From an uncultured Planctomycetota bacterium (lineage in GTDB: Bacteria; Planctomycetota; Planctomycetia; Gemmatales; Gemmataceae), in contig CAWKHF010000001.1 in the NCBI GenBank assembly GCA_963849325.1, positions 128,001 through 192,000 on the forward strand: a stretch of DNA of 64,000 nucleotides, read 5' to 3'. The position numbers were made by a program, and so were the translations under genes. This document shows positions 8,601-19,415 of this stretch, in pieces. The notes under the pieces are model-generated. The model did no database searches and had not been told where the DNA came from. It saw nothing but the letters and a program-made list of their open reading frames with translations. Position 1 is the first letter of the stretch. Each line of letters opens with the position of its first letter.

Positions 8601-11600
8601 CTGACCGACGCCAAGCAGCACACCATCGAGGGCGGCTACGTCTTCGTGGTCCGCGGCGAGGGTTTCGACGGCCGCGATTTCCGCTTCAACGACATCGAAC
8701 TGGTCACCGACAAGCGCGAGTACGCGCCGGGCGACAAGGTCAAGCTGCTCATCAACACCAACCGCAACGACGGCGTCGTGCTGCTGTTCGTGCGGCCGAC
8801 CAACGGCGTCTACCTGCCGCCGCGCGTGCTGCGCCTGCAAGGGCAAGAGCATCGAGCAGGAGATCGCCGTCGTGCAGAAGGACATGCCCAACTTCTTCGT
8901 CGAGGCGGTGACGGTGGCCGACGGCCAGGTCCATACGGAGGTGCGCGAGGTCGTCGTGCCGCCCGAAAAGCGCGTGCTGAACGTGGAGGTGCAGCCGTCG
9001 CAGCAGGAGTACAAGCCCGGCCAGAAGGCGACGGTGAAGGTCAAGCTGACCGACTTCTTCGGCAAGCCGTTCGTCGGCTCGACGGTGCTGAGCGTCTACG
9101 ACAAGAGCGTGGAGTACATCTCCGGCGGCTCGAACGTGCCGGAGATCCGCGAGTTCTTCTGGAAGTGGCGGCGACATCACTATCCGCAGACCGAATCGAG
9201 CCTCGGGCACTGGCTGGGCAACCTGCTGCGGCAGCGGCGAGATCGGCATGTCCAACCTCGGCGTGTTCGGCGCGACGGTCGTGGAGGAATCGGCGAAGGA
9301 AGCGGACAGCAAGGCTGAACGGCAGTCGCTTCGGAAGGAGGATCGCCTCCTGGGCCGCGCCGGCGGCAAGCCCGCCGCCGCTCCGCGAGGAGCCGCGGCA
9401 GGTTTCGCCGCTGGCGGCCAAGGCGGAGCACGCCCGTCGAGGCCTGGACCGCGATGCGAACGCCGCCGACAAGAAAGCCGATGGCCAGAATCGGGCGCCG
9501 GATGAGGCGCGGCCAGCCGCCCCAGCGGAGCGGGCCGGCGCCGGCCGTCCGCAAGAACTTCGCCGACACCGCGTTCTGGGCCGCCTCGCTGACCACCGAC
9601 AAGGACGGCCTGGCCGAGGTCACGCTGACCATGCCGGAGAACCTCACCGCCTGGAAGGTCAAGGTCTGGGCGATGGGCGACGGCACCCGCGTCGGCCAGG
9701 GCGAGGCCGAGGTCGTCACCAAGAAGAACCTCCTCGTCCGCCTGCAGGCGCCGCGCTTCTTCGTGCAGAAGGACGAGGTCGTCCTGTCGGCCAACGTCCA
9801 CAACTATTTGAAGTCCGACAAGATGGTGAATGTCTCGCTGGAGCTGGAGGGCGGCACGCTGTCCGCCACCGGCGCGATGACGCGACAGGTGCGCATCCCC
9901 GCCGGCGGCGAGCAGCGCGTCGATTGGCGCGTCAAGGTGACGGGCGAGGGCGACGCCATCGTCCGCATGAAGGCCGTCACCGACGAGGAATCCGACGCCA
10001 TGCAGATGCTCTTCCCCTGCTACGTCCACGGCATGCTCAAGACCGATTCCTTCTCCGGCGTCGTCCGCCCCGAGACAGAAGTCCGGCCGTGTCGTCTTCC
10101 ACGTCCCGGCCGAGCGCCGCATCAACGAGACGCGTGCTGGAAGTGCGCTACTCGCCGACGCTGGCCGGCGCCATGGTCGATGCCCTGCCGTACCTGGTCG
10201 AGTATCCCTACGGCTGCACCGAGCAGACGCTCAACCGCTTCCTGCCGACGGTCATCACGCAGCGCATCCTGCAAGGGATGAAGCTGGACCTGAAGGACAT
10301 CGAGAAGAAGCGGACCAACCTCAACGCCCAGGAGATCGGCGACGACAAGAAGCGCGCCGAGGGCTGGAAGCGTTATGAGCGCAACCCGGTCTTCGACGAG
10401 GACGAGGTGCGCCGCATGGCCGAGGCGGGCGTGCAGGCGCTGGCCGGCATGCAGTGCGGCGACGGCGGCTGGGGCTGGTTCTCCGGCTTCGGCGAGCACT
10501 CCTGGCCGCACACCACGGCCGTGGTCGTCCACGGCCTGCAGATCGCCAAGCAGAACGACGTCGCCCTGCCGCCCGGCATGCTCGAGCGCGGCGTCGCCTG
10601 GCTCAAGAACTACCAGGCCGAGCAGGTGCAGACGCTTGCAGAACGCCCCGGCCAAGGTGCATCCCTGGAAGGAGCACGCCGACAACCTCGACGCCCTGGT
10701 CTACATGGTCCTGGTCGACGCCGGCGTCCATGAACAACGACATGCGCGAGTTCCTGTACCGCGATCGCACGAGTTGGCCGTCTACGCCAAGGCGATGTTC
10801 GGCCTGGCCCTGCACAAGGAGCAGCAGGCCGAGAAGCTGGCCATGATCCTCAAGAACATCGAGCAGTTCGTCGTCCAGGACGAGGAGAACCAGACGGCGT
10901 ACCTGCGCTGCCGGCCAACAATCCCTGGTGGTACTGGTACGGCAGCGAGATCGAGGCCGACGCCTACTACCTCAAGCTGCTGGCGCGCACCAACCCCAAG
11001 GACGGCAAGGCCGCCGGGCTGGTCAAGTACCTGCTCAACAACCGCAAGCACGCGACCTACTGGAACAGCACGCGCGACACGGCCATCTGCATCGAGGCGA
11101 TGGCCGAGTATCTCAAGGCCAGCGGCGAGGACCGGCCCGGACATGACCGTCGAGGTCTGGCTCGACGGCAAGATGTACAAGGAGGTCAAGATCGACGCCG
11201 CGAACCTGTTCAGCTTCGACAACAAGTTTGTGCTGAAGGGCGACGCCGTCGAGTCCGGCAAGCACGCGCTGGAGATCACGGCGAAAGGGCACCGGCCCGG
11301 TCTACTTCAACGCCTACCTGACCAACTTCACGCTGGAGGACTTCATCACCAAGGCCGGCCTGGAGGTGAAGGTCAACCGCAAGTATTACAAGCTGACCCG
11401 CGTGGACAAGCCACGGTCAAGGTGTCCGGCGCGCGCGGCCAGGCGCTCGACCAGAAGGTCGAGAAGTACAAGCGGACGGAGCTGCCGAACCTGTCGGCGC
11501 TCAAGAGCGGCGACCTGGTCGAGGTCGAGCTGGAGATCGACAGCAAGAACGATTACGAGTACCTGATCTTCGAGGATCCCAAGGCCGCCGGCTTCGAGCC

Positions 11601-11835
11601 GATGCTGGTCCGCAGCGGCTACAACGCCAACGACCTGGGCGCCTACATGGAGCTGCGCGACGACAAGGTCTGCTTCTTCGTCCGCCGTCTGGCGCGGGGC
11701 AAGCACAGCGTCGCCTACCGCATGCGGGCGGAGATCCCCGGCAAGTTCAGCGCTCTGCCGACGCGGGCGTATGCCATGTACGCGCCGGAGCTGAAGGGCA
11801 ACTCCGACGAGATCAAGCTGGTGATTGAGGACTGA
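5610..11835 (+). CDS. Bacterial alpha-2-macroglobulin (MG2/A2M family), heavily frameshifted in this sequence
   Basis: Fragments carry [12 protein letters not shown] (MG2), [30 protein letters not shown], thioester [22 protein letters not shown]...YAMYAPE; signal peptide [17 protein letters not shown]. Confidence 0.9.
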
Positions 11836-11875
11836 TCCTCGACTCGATCCAGTTCAAGGGGACCGCCAACCGCTT

Positions 11876-12667
11876 TCACGAGAGCGGTTGGCGGTGGCGC
11901 AGGATGCGGGCGGTCAGGCCGGCGACGGTGAGCGTGACGAGGAAGAGGACGACGAACAGGGCGTTGGTGTCCGGCCGCACGCCGAAGCGCATCTGGGCGT
12001 AAATCTTGATGGGCAGGGTGTCGTTGCCGATGCCCTTGGTGAAGAAGGTGATGAGGAAGTCGTCGAACGACAGGGCGAAGACCAGCAGCCAGGCCGCGAA
12101 CAGGCTGGGGGCGAGTACCGGCACGAGCACGAGCCGAAACGCCTGCCGCGGGGTCGCGCCGCTGTCCAGGGCCGCGGCATACAGATCCTCGTCCAGGTCG
12201 GCCACCGCCGCCGACAGGACAATGAACGCATAAGCGATGCCAAAACTCGTATGGGCGAGGACGATCGAGAGCAATCCCTGACGTGTGCCCAGGGCGTGAA
12301 AGAACAGGGCCAGCGAGATGCCGAGGATCATGTCCGGCACGACCAGGGGGAGGGCGAGGACGGCCTGCGCCAGCCGTCGCCATCGCCGCGACCAGCGCGA
12401 CAGACCCAGGGCGGCCAGCGTGCCCAGCCCCACCGAGAGCGTGCTCGCCGTTACGCCGACCAGCAGGCTCACTTGCAAACTCCGCCACAGGTCACGGCGT
12501 TGACTCAGTTCGACGTACCAGCGCGTCGAGAAGCCGGTCCACACCGCGCCGAGGCGCGAAGCATTGAAGGAATAGACCAACACCATCAGCAGCGGCGCAT
12601 ACAGGAGGGCGAAAACCAGAGCGAGAAGGGCGCGTCCCAGCCAGCGGGCCATGATGCGATCAGCCAT
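11876..12667 (-). CDS. potC: Spermidine/putrescine ABC transporter permease PotC
   Basis: LYAPLLMVLVYSFN, WTGFSTRWY, AALDSGAT (EAA loop), SFDDF, TLPIKIY. Confidence 0.85.
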   Translation of the reverse strand: MADRIMARWLGRALLALVFALLYAPLLMVLVYSFNASRLGAVWTGFSTRWYVELSQRRDLWRSLQVSLLVGVTASTLSVGLGTLAALGLSRWSRRWRRLAQAVLALPLVVPDMILGISLALFFHALGTRQGLLSIVLAHTSFGIAYAFIVLSAAVADLDEDLYAAALDSGATPRQAFRLVLVPVLAPSLFAAWLLVFALSFDDFLITFFTKGIGNDTLPIKIYAQMRFGVRPDTNALFVVLFLVTLTVAGLTARILRHRQPLS

Positions 12668-13481
12668 CTCTGCCCTCCTCCCGACGAGGCTTCGCGTACA
12701 CGGACTGGGAGCCGCCTCCGAAGGCGGACAGCAAGATCGGCAGCGTCACGATGGCCAGAAGCCACAGCGCCGCCGCCGCGGCGTAGGGCCAGTTCCGCCG
12801 CTCCATGAACTGCTGAACGATGAGCGTCCCGAGCACGGAAACCTTGCCGGCGCCGACGAAGTGCGGCACCAGGTACTCGCCGGAGGCCGGGATGAACACG
12901 AGGGCGCAGCCAGCCCATGCCCCGCGACGGGTCAGCGGCTCGGTGACGTGCCAGAACGTCTGCCACGGCGTAGCGCCCAGGTCCATCGCCGCCCGCGGCA
13001 GATCCGCATCGATCCGCTCCCACGCCCGCAGCAGCGGCAGCACCAGGAACGGCAGGTAATTGACCGTCATCACCAGGACGACGGCCGCCGGCGTACCCTG
13101 CCACGCCAGGGGCAGCAGGTTCATCCAGCCGTAGATGCGCAAGAGCAGCGACGTGACCAGAGGGAAGGCGAGCAGCATCACGGCGGCCTGCCTCCGCGCT
13201 CCGTTCATCTGCGCCAGGACCATGGCGCACGGATAACTGAGCAGCAAACAGGCCAGCGTCACGCCTCCGGCCAGCAGCAGCGAGCGCGCCAGGATCTTCA
13301 GCGTGACGGCGCTGGTCGCGTCGTGCCAGCCTTCGGTCGAAAACTTCTCCGTCACCTGGCCGTAATAATCCCGTTCGAGGACCGAGTAGCGGGCCACCAG
13401 CAGCGTTGGCGCGAGGAAGAAGACGGCCAGATACAACAAGGGCGGCCAGGCCAGCCAGCGCGCGAAGCCGGAGCGGTTCAC
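12660..13481 (-). CDS. potB: Spermidine/putrescine ABC transporter permease PotB
   Basis: GTG start overlapping the potA stop; YLPFLVLPL, AAMDLGATPWQTF, RNWPYAAA. Confidence 0.85.
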   Translation of the reverse strand: MNRSGFARWLAWPPLLYLAVFFLAPTLLVARYSVLERDYYGQVTEKFSTEGWHDATSAVTLKILARSLLLAGGVTLACLLLSYPCAMVLAQMNGARRQAAVMLLAFPLVTSLLLRIYGWMNLLPLAWQGTPAAVVLVMTVNYLPFLVLPLLRAWERIDADLPRAAMDLGATPWQTFWHVTEPLTRRGAWAGCALVFIPASGEYLVPHFVGAGKVSVLGTLIVQQFMERRNWPYAAAAALWLLAIVTLPILLSAFGGGSQSVYAKPRREEGRDG

Positions 13482-14566
13482 GTTCGGTCCCTCGTCTCCG
13501 CTGGGAACAAGTGGGTGGCTCGCGGCGGCCAACCCACGCGGCACGTCGCGCCCACGGCGGGGACAGGGCCATCGGCCGCAACGGTAGCGATGAGCCGAAT
13601 TCCGCCGTCCATCTCCAGGCCCAGCGATACGGATGCTCCCGCGAACTGGCGCTGCACCACGCGAACCGGCAGCCCGCTTTCCGCGCCGACCCGCAACGCC
13701 TCGGGCCGCACGCCGAGGAGGACATCGCGGCCGTCCGGTAATTTCTGTCCGTCCAGGTGTACGAGATGTCCGCTGGTCAGGCGCGCCGCCGGCTGATGGT
13801 CCTGGCTCGTGATCTCCGCGGCGAACCAGTTGATCGGGCCGATGAAGGAGGCGACGAAGGCGTTGGCGGGCTGGTGATACACCTCCTCCGGCCGTCCCAC
13901 CTGTTGCAGTCGTCCCTCGTGCAGGACGCCAAGACGGTGGGCGGCGCGCAGCGCCTCCTCGCGGTCGTGGGTCACGTACAGATACGTCACCTGTAAACGA
14001 TCCTGTATCTCCTGCAACAGTTCCAGGGTCTGCCCGCGCAGGTGTGGATCGAGGGCCGACAGCGGCTCGTCCAGCAGGACGCACTCGGGTTCATCGACCA
14101 GGGCGCGAGCCACGGCGACGCGCTGGCGTTCGCCGCCGGACAGCCCGGCGATGCGCCGCGCCGCGAACGTCTCCAGCTGGACCCAGCTCAGCGCCTTCCG
14201 CACGCGGTCTCGACGTTCGTTGCGCGGCACGCCGGCCACCCGCAGCGGAAAGCCGACATTGTCTTCGACGTTCAGATGGGGGAAGAGGGAGTAGTTCTGG
14301 AAAACGGTGTGGACGGGCCGGCGGTACGGCGGGACGGCCGTGACGTCGCGGCCGGAAAGGCAGACGCGGCCGCTGTCGGGCACGTCCAGGCCCGAAACCA
14401 TTTTCAGCAGCGTGCTTTTGCCGCTACCGCTGGGTCCGACCAGCGCGAAGAACTCGCCGCGGCCGACGCCCAGGCTTACGCCGTCGAGGATGGTCCGTTC
14501 TCCGAACCGTCTCGACACCAACAGCAACTCCACGGCGGCCGGGGAGGATTCCTCGTTGGCGATCAT
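13478..14566 (-). CDS. potA: Spermidine/putrescine ABC transporter ATP-binding protein PotA
   Basis: GPSGSGKS, VPPYRRPVHTVFQNYSLFPHL, LSGGERQR, LLDEPLSALD, C-terminal TOBE-like domain. Confidence 0.88.
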   Translation of the reverse strand: MIANEESSPAAVELLLVSRRFGERTILDGVSLGVGRGEFFALVGPSGSGKSTLLKMVSGLDVPDSGRVCLSGRDVTAVPPYRRPVHTVFQNYSLFPHLNVEDNVGFPLRVAGVPRNERRDRVRKALSWVQLETFAARRIAGLSGGERQRVAVARALVDEPECVLLDEPLSALDPHLRGQTLELLQEIQDRLQVTYLYVTHDREEALRAAHRLGVLHEGRLQQVGRPEEVYHQPANAFVASFIGPINWFAAEITSQDHQPAARLTSGHLVHLDGQKLPDGRDVLLGVRPEALRVGAESGLPVRVVQRQFAGASVSLGLEMDGGIRLIATVAADGPVPAVGATCRVGWPPRATHLFPAETRDRT

Positions 14567-14669
14567 ACCGGAGCAGCACCCTTTCGGAAGACGCGCGAAT
14601 CGCAAACCTGGGATATGCTGGGCCGGAGGCGTGGATTTGTCAACAGAAAGGAGCGGCCCAGCGGTTTGC

Positions 14670-14725
14670 TCCGAGCCGGAAGCGTAAGCAAAGGTTGCCG
14701 TGCCTTCGCTTACGCTAGCGCTGGG
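14670..14725. repeat. Palindromic element, family A (degenerate)
   Basis: CCGAGCCGGAAGCGTAAGC...GCTTACGCT; overlaps the methyltransferase stop. Confidence 0.75.
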
Positions 14726-15492
14726 CGTGAAAGAACCAGTCCCACGGCGGCGGCTGATCGCCGAGGTCGCGGGCGCAGCCGAACTGGTGCCAGGCCAGGT
14801 GGACCTTCGCCAGGCGTAGACAGCGGAAGCCGGCCCGGCGCAGGCGGTAGCGGACCTCGAACGGCTGCCAGAAGTGTTGCTTCAGTCCGGCGAAGCGAAA
14901 GGTGCCGAAAGCGAAATCGTAATACTCGTGCTCGGCGTGGTGGGCGGCGTTCTGACGGGCCTTGTCCTCCGGCATGCCGATCCGCCGGGCCCGGTCGAGC
15001 AGCAACATCGTGAAATAATGCACGGCATCGATCGCCGGCACGATGCCCAGAAAATGTCCTCCCGCGCAGGGCGGCATGGATCGACCGCAAGGCGGTGTCG
15101 AGGGCGGCCGTGTCCGGCAGTACCAAACTGTTGACGGCGACCGCCACGTCCACCTGTCCGGCCAGGTCGCTCAGGTCGGTCAGGTCGCGCTTGCGGAACT
15201 CGACGTTCGCCAATCCCGGACAGTGTTCGCGGGCGCGGGCCAGCATCCCCTCGGCGAAATCGACGGCGACGACCCGCCCGAAGCGCTCGGCGAGAAACGG
15301 CAACAGCGGCCCGATGCCGCAGCCGAGGTCCGCAACCATCTTGTGCTTGTCCGCCAGTGCCGCCACGGCCTGCCGCAGCGGATTGCGCACCTCCGGCAGA
15401 TAGGGGTCGATGAAGGCTTCTTCGTACCCCTCGGCAGCTCGGCTCCAGTGCTGCGCTTGCTCGGACATGGTCGCCGACTTAGGAACGGGCAT
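14715..15492 (-). CDS. Class I SAM-dependent methyltransferase (one frameshift near 15060)
   Basis: VADLGCGIG motif I, VVAVDFAEGML; C-terminal half continues in ORF 14715-15077 (GGHFLGIVP). Confidence 0.8.
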
Positions 15493-15817
15493 ACAGCACC
15501 TTCCCTTCCCGCGCCGCCGGCCATTCGATTGTGCCGACAACATCCTTTCTCCAGGCGAAGTCCTCCGGCCTGGTAACGATGATGTTCTTGGGGACAAGAA
15601 TGTCGTGAAGCGTCTGCATTATCTCCAGTCCCTTGTCGAAGACGCTACCCTCGAAGGCCATTACGACCAGCCGATCCACGTCGCTGTCCGGCTCGGCGTC
15701 GCCGCGCGCGTGCGAGCCGAACAGGATCACTTGCCGCAGGCGAAACTTCGTCACGATCCGTTTGACCATGCGGTCGATGTGTGCCCGCACCGTCGTTCTT
15801 TTCGAGATTCGGGGCAT
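15479..15817 (-). CDS. Minimal nucleotidyltransferase (MNT/MntA-like)
   Basis: ILFGSHARGDAEPDSDVD pol-beta motif; C-terminal AREGKVLY; 112 aa. Confidence 0.85.
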   Translation of the reverse strand: MPRISKRTTVRAHIDRMVKRIVTKFRLRQVILFGSHARGDAEPDSDVDRLVVMAFEGSVFDKGLEIMQTLHDILVPKNIIVTRPEDFAWRKDVVGTIEWPAAREGKVLYARS

Positions 15818-16032
15818 GATCGACCTCTTGACCTCAGAACCGCCAGAGACGAGGGGACATTCATCGTCTCGGAAATGATGGATGTCTTTTTATCCATTTA
15901 TCGTACAACGTGGGGTGATTCGGGGCGACGAGCCGATGGAATTGGCATGCAGGAGCGACCTTGTCACCTTGCCACCGGCCGAAGGAGGTTCGGCAAAGTT
16001 GATCCATCGTGCAAGTCCTCATAAATTCGGAT

Positions 16033-16061
16033 ATTTCAACCCTGCGATCCCGCACTGTCAA
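16033..16061 (-). promoter_or_regulatory. Sigma70-like promoter upstream of MNT
   Basis: Minus strand TTGACA-N17-TGAAAT. Confidence 0.45.
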
Positions 16062-16122
16062 GCGAAACCGGAACCGATGACTCCATTCGCATCTTGAGCC
16101 GGGAGCCGGACGGAGGAGCAGA

Positions 16123-17229
16123 TCACTCGAAAAGAACGGCCTCGGCCACCAGACCGGGACCGAAGCCGAGCGCGACGCACGGCAGCGGAGCGCGTCGCCG
16201 CCGCAGATGATCGAGAATGAACAACACGGTCGGCGACGACATATTGCCGTGGGCGGCGAAGACCTCGCGGGCCGAGGTCAACTGGTCCTCGCCCAGGCCG
16301 AGTGCCTCGGCGATGGCGTCGAGGATGCGCGGGCCGCCGGGGTGGATCGCCCACGAGCCGACCGTCTCGACGCGCTGGCCGTGACGGCCGAGCCAGCCTT
16401 CCAACCACGGCCGCAAGTGTTCGCGGATCAGGCCCGGCACGCGCTTGGATAGCGTCATCTCGAAGCCGTGATCGCCGATGGTCCAGCTCATCGCCTGGCG
16501 CGAGTCAGGCAGAAGACAGGAGCCGGCCGCGGTCACGCGCCAGGCGCCGGCCGGGCCGAGCGCGTCGGGCACACCGACGACGGCGGCGGCGCCGTCGGCG
16601 AAGATGGCGTTGGCGACGATCTTCTGCGGATCCCAGCCGTAATGGTAGTGCAGCCCGCACAGTTCGACGGCGCAGAGCAAAACGCGGGCGTCTGGATCGG
16701 AGTCGGCGAAGGCGCGGGCAACGCGCAGGCCGTTGAGCGCTCCGTGACAGCCCATGAAGCCGATGTGCGTCCGCTGCACCGTGGGCGTCATGCCGAGTCC
16801 CTGGATCAGCTCGAAATCGACGCCCGGCGCGTGGAAGCCGGTGCAGGAGACGGTGACCAGGTGCGTCAATTCGCCCACCGCCAGGCCGGACACGTGCAGC
16901 GCCTGATGGGCGGCGCGCAGGGCCAGCGGGCCGGCGTCGGCGACGTACTGCCGCATACGCTGGCCGGTCGTCGGCCCGCGGTCGTCGTCGCGCCCGTTGG
17001 GCAGCCAGATCGATTGCGACAAGGTCGTGCCGTGCAGGATGTCGTCGATCACTTGCCGTCCGAAAATCAGGTGACGCGAGCGGATGCCGGTGTGGTCGTA
17101 CAGCAAGGGCAGCCACGTCTCCTGTTCTTTCGTGCGGCAGCAGACGGCGCGGGCGATCTGGGCGGCGTCGGCCTGCGTGATGCAGGCGGGCGGCACGGCG
17201 GTCCCCAGTCCGAGGATGGCGAAGCTCAT
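16123..17229 (-). CDS. Type III polyketide synthase (chalcone/stilbene synthase family)
   Basis: Cys-His-Asn triad in GFMGCHG, AIHPGG, HGNMSS; GFGPGL; VSCTG. Confidence 0.92.
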   Translation of the reverse strand: MSFAILGLGTAVPPACITQADAAQIARAVCCRTKEQETWLPLLYDHTGIRSRHLIFGRQVIDDILHGTTLSQSIWLPNGRDDDRGPTTGQRMRQYVADAGPLALRAAHQALHVSGLAVGELTHLVTVSCTGFHAPGVDFELIQGLGMTPTVQRTHIGFMGCHGALNGLRVARAFADSDPDARVLLCAVELCGLHYHYGWDPQKIVANAIFADGAAAVVGVPDALGPAGAWRVTAAGSCLLPDSRQAMSWTIGDHGFEMTLSKRVPGLIREHLRPWLEGWLGRHGQRVETVGSWAIHPGGPRILDAIAEALGLGEDQLTSAREVFAAHGNMSSPTVLFILDHLRRRRAPLPCVALGFGPGLVAEAVLFE

Positions 17230-17378
17230 GCGGATGGTCCTTACGGCGAGGCGGGCGCCCCTCCTGGAATGAGTCCGTTCGTTCCCTTGTTGTTCCCAAG
17301 GAGTCGAGCTTGACGACGAGAAGAAGGGCCGATCCGCGCGACGAGCCGCCGCGCGGATCGACGAAACCAGTGCGTCCC

Positions 17379-17493
17379 TAAGCCCCTCTCCCCCGCTTCG
17401 GGGGAGAGGGGTTGGGGTGAGGGGGAATAGCTGCGAAAACCCGCCCCCTCACCCCAACCCCTCTCCACCTGAGTACAGGGGGAGAGGGGCTTA
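17379..17493. repeat. Composite palindrome of the CCCCTCTCCC/GGGAGAGGGG family
   Basis: TAAGCCCCTCTCCCC...GGGGAGAGGGGCTTA with inner GGGTTGGGGTGAGGGG/CCCCTCACCCCAACCC arms. Confidence 0.85.
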
Positions 17494-17514
17494 CCGGACA
17501 GACTCGAAACCTCG

Positions 17515-19353
17515 TCAGCCGAGCAGCGTTTTCACCGCCTTGACGATGTGGGCCGCGTCGATGCCGGCGGCGTCGCAGCAGCTCGCGCCGGCGTGCCGGA
17601 GCCGGGCATCTGCCGCACGGCCAGCTTGACCACGCGCGGCAGCGCCCCCTCCGCCGCGAACGCCTCCAGCACGGCGTCGCCCAGGCCGCCCTCGATCCAG
17701 TGGTCCTCGACCACCACGATCTTGCCGTCGGTATCCTTGGCCGCCTTCACCAGCGTCGCCCGGTCGATCGGCTTGACCGAATAGGCGTCAATGACACGGA
17801 CAGCGACGCCCTCGCCCTTCAGCGTGTCGTGGGCCTTGAGCGCCTCGTGGACCGTGATGCCGGCCGCGACGACGGCGACGCGGTCCTGGCCGGACTGACG
17901 CACCACCTTGCTGCCGCCGACCGGGAACTTCTCGCCGGCCGGATAGAGGATCGGCGTCTTCTCGCGCGTCGTGCGCAGGTAGGAGATGCCTTTGAGGTCC
18001 ACCATTTGCCCGACCAGGTGAGCGGTCTGATTGGCGTCGCACGGATAGAGGACGGTGCTGTCGCAGACGGCCCGCATCATGGCCAGGTCTTCCAGGGCCA
18101 TCTGCGACGGGCCGTCCTCGCCGATGCTGACGCCGGCGTGCGAGCCGCTCAGATGGATCGTCGCATTCGAGATGGCGGCCATGCGGATCTGATCGTAGGC
18201 CCGCGTGAAGAAGCGGCGAACGTCGAGGCGAAGGCGCGCTTGCCCAGCACGGCGAGGCCGACCGCGGCGCCGAGCAGCTGCTGCTCGGCGATGAACATCT
18301 CGAAGAAGCGATCCGGGTAGGCTTTCTTGAACTCGTCGGCGTGCGTCGAGTTGGACACCTCGCCGTCCAGGGCGACCACGTCGGCCGCGACTGGCGCCCA
18401 GGGCGACGAGGGCGTCGCCGTAGGCCTTGCGCGTCGCCTCCTTTTTGCCGACTTCGTAGGTAGGCAATTTCAGCGGCTGCGTCTTCGGCTGCTCCGCCGG
18501 CTTGCGGTCCTCCGGCTTCGGCGTGGGGACGGTGAGGTGGCGGACGCCGCCCAGCTCGGCGAGGGCGGCCTTCTCCTGTCCGGCGGCAGCGCCTTGCCGT
18601 GCCAGCCGTCCTTGTTGGCCACCTGCGAGACACCGTGGCCCTTCTCCGTCTTGGCGACGAGGCAGGTCGGCTGGTCCTTCTGGTTCATCGCCTCGGCGTA
18701 GGCGCGATCGATGGCGTCGAGGTCGTGGCCGTTCAGCTCGATGGCGTGCCAGCCGAAGGCGCGGGCGCGGGCGGCGTAGGCGGCGCTGTTCCAGCCCAGG
18801 TCGGTCTCGCCGCGCTGGCCGAGGCGGTTCATGTCGAGGATGCCGATGAGGTTGTTGAGCTTGTAATACGACGCCTTGTCGAACGCCTCCCAGATGGAGC
18901 CTTCGGCCATCTCGCTGTCGCCGAGGACGACCCAGACGCGGTAGGGCAGCTTGTCGAGATACTTGCCGTTGAGGGCCATGCCGACGCCGATGGGCAAACC
19001 CTGGCCGAGCGAGCCGGTGGCGACATCGACGTAGGGCAGGACGTGCGGATTGGGATGGCCCTGCAGGCGGCTGCCGAACTTGCGCAGCGTCAGCAGTTCC
19101 TCGTCGGTGATGGCGCCGGCGGCCTTGAACATGGCGTACAGCAGCGGGCAGGCGTGGCCCTTGCTGAAGATGAGGCGGTCGTTGCTGGGGCTTGTGCGGA
19201 TTGGCCCAGTCGTAGCGGAGATATTTGCGCCATCAGCACGGCCATCAGGTCGGCGGCGGACATGGAGGAGGTGGGGTGTCCGGAGCCGGCCGCCGTCGTG
19301 CAGCGGATGCTGTCCACGCGCAGCTGGGCGGCCAGTTCTCGCAGATCGGTCAT
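17515..19353 (-). CDS. tkt: Transketolase (several frameshifts)
   Basis: AAGSGHPTSSMS, ATGSLGQG, GDSEMAEGS (TPP motif), FIAEQQ, GEDGPSQM, VVEDHW. Confidence 0.92.
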
Positions 19354-19415
19354 GGGATACTCCTTCGCAAGTGACATCGAATTGTCATGTATTCGTCCGG
19401 GCGACCGAGGTCGTG

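Noticed and set aside
5610-11835. A2M, tkt and vWA-operon genes as true pseudogenes or programmed frameshifts
   Set aside because: Indels are numerous, not at consistent slippery motifs, and motifs remain intact; sequencing error is more parsimonious
17241-17468. 75-aa ORF upstream of the PKS
   Set aside because: Mostly a translation of the CCCCTCTCCC palindrome
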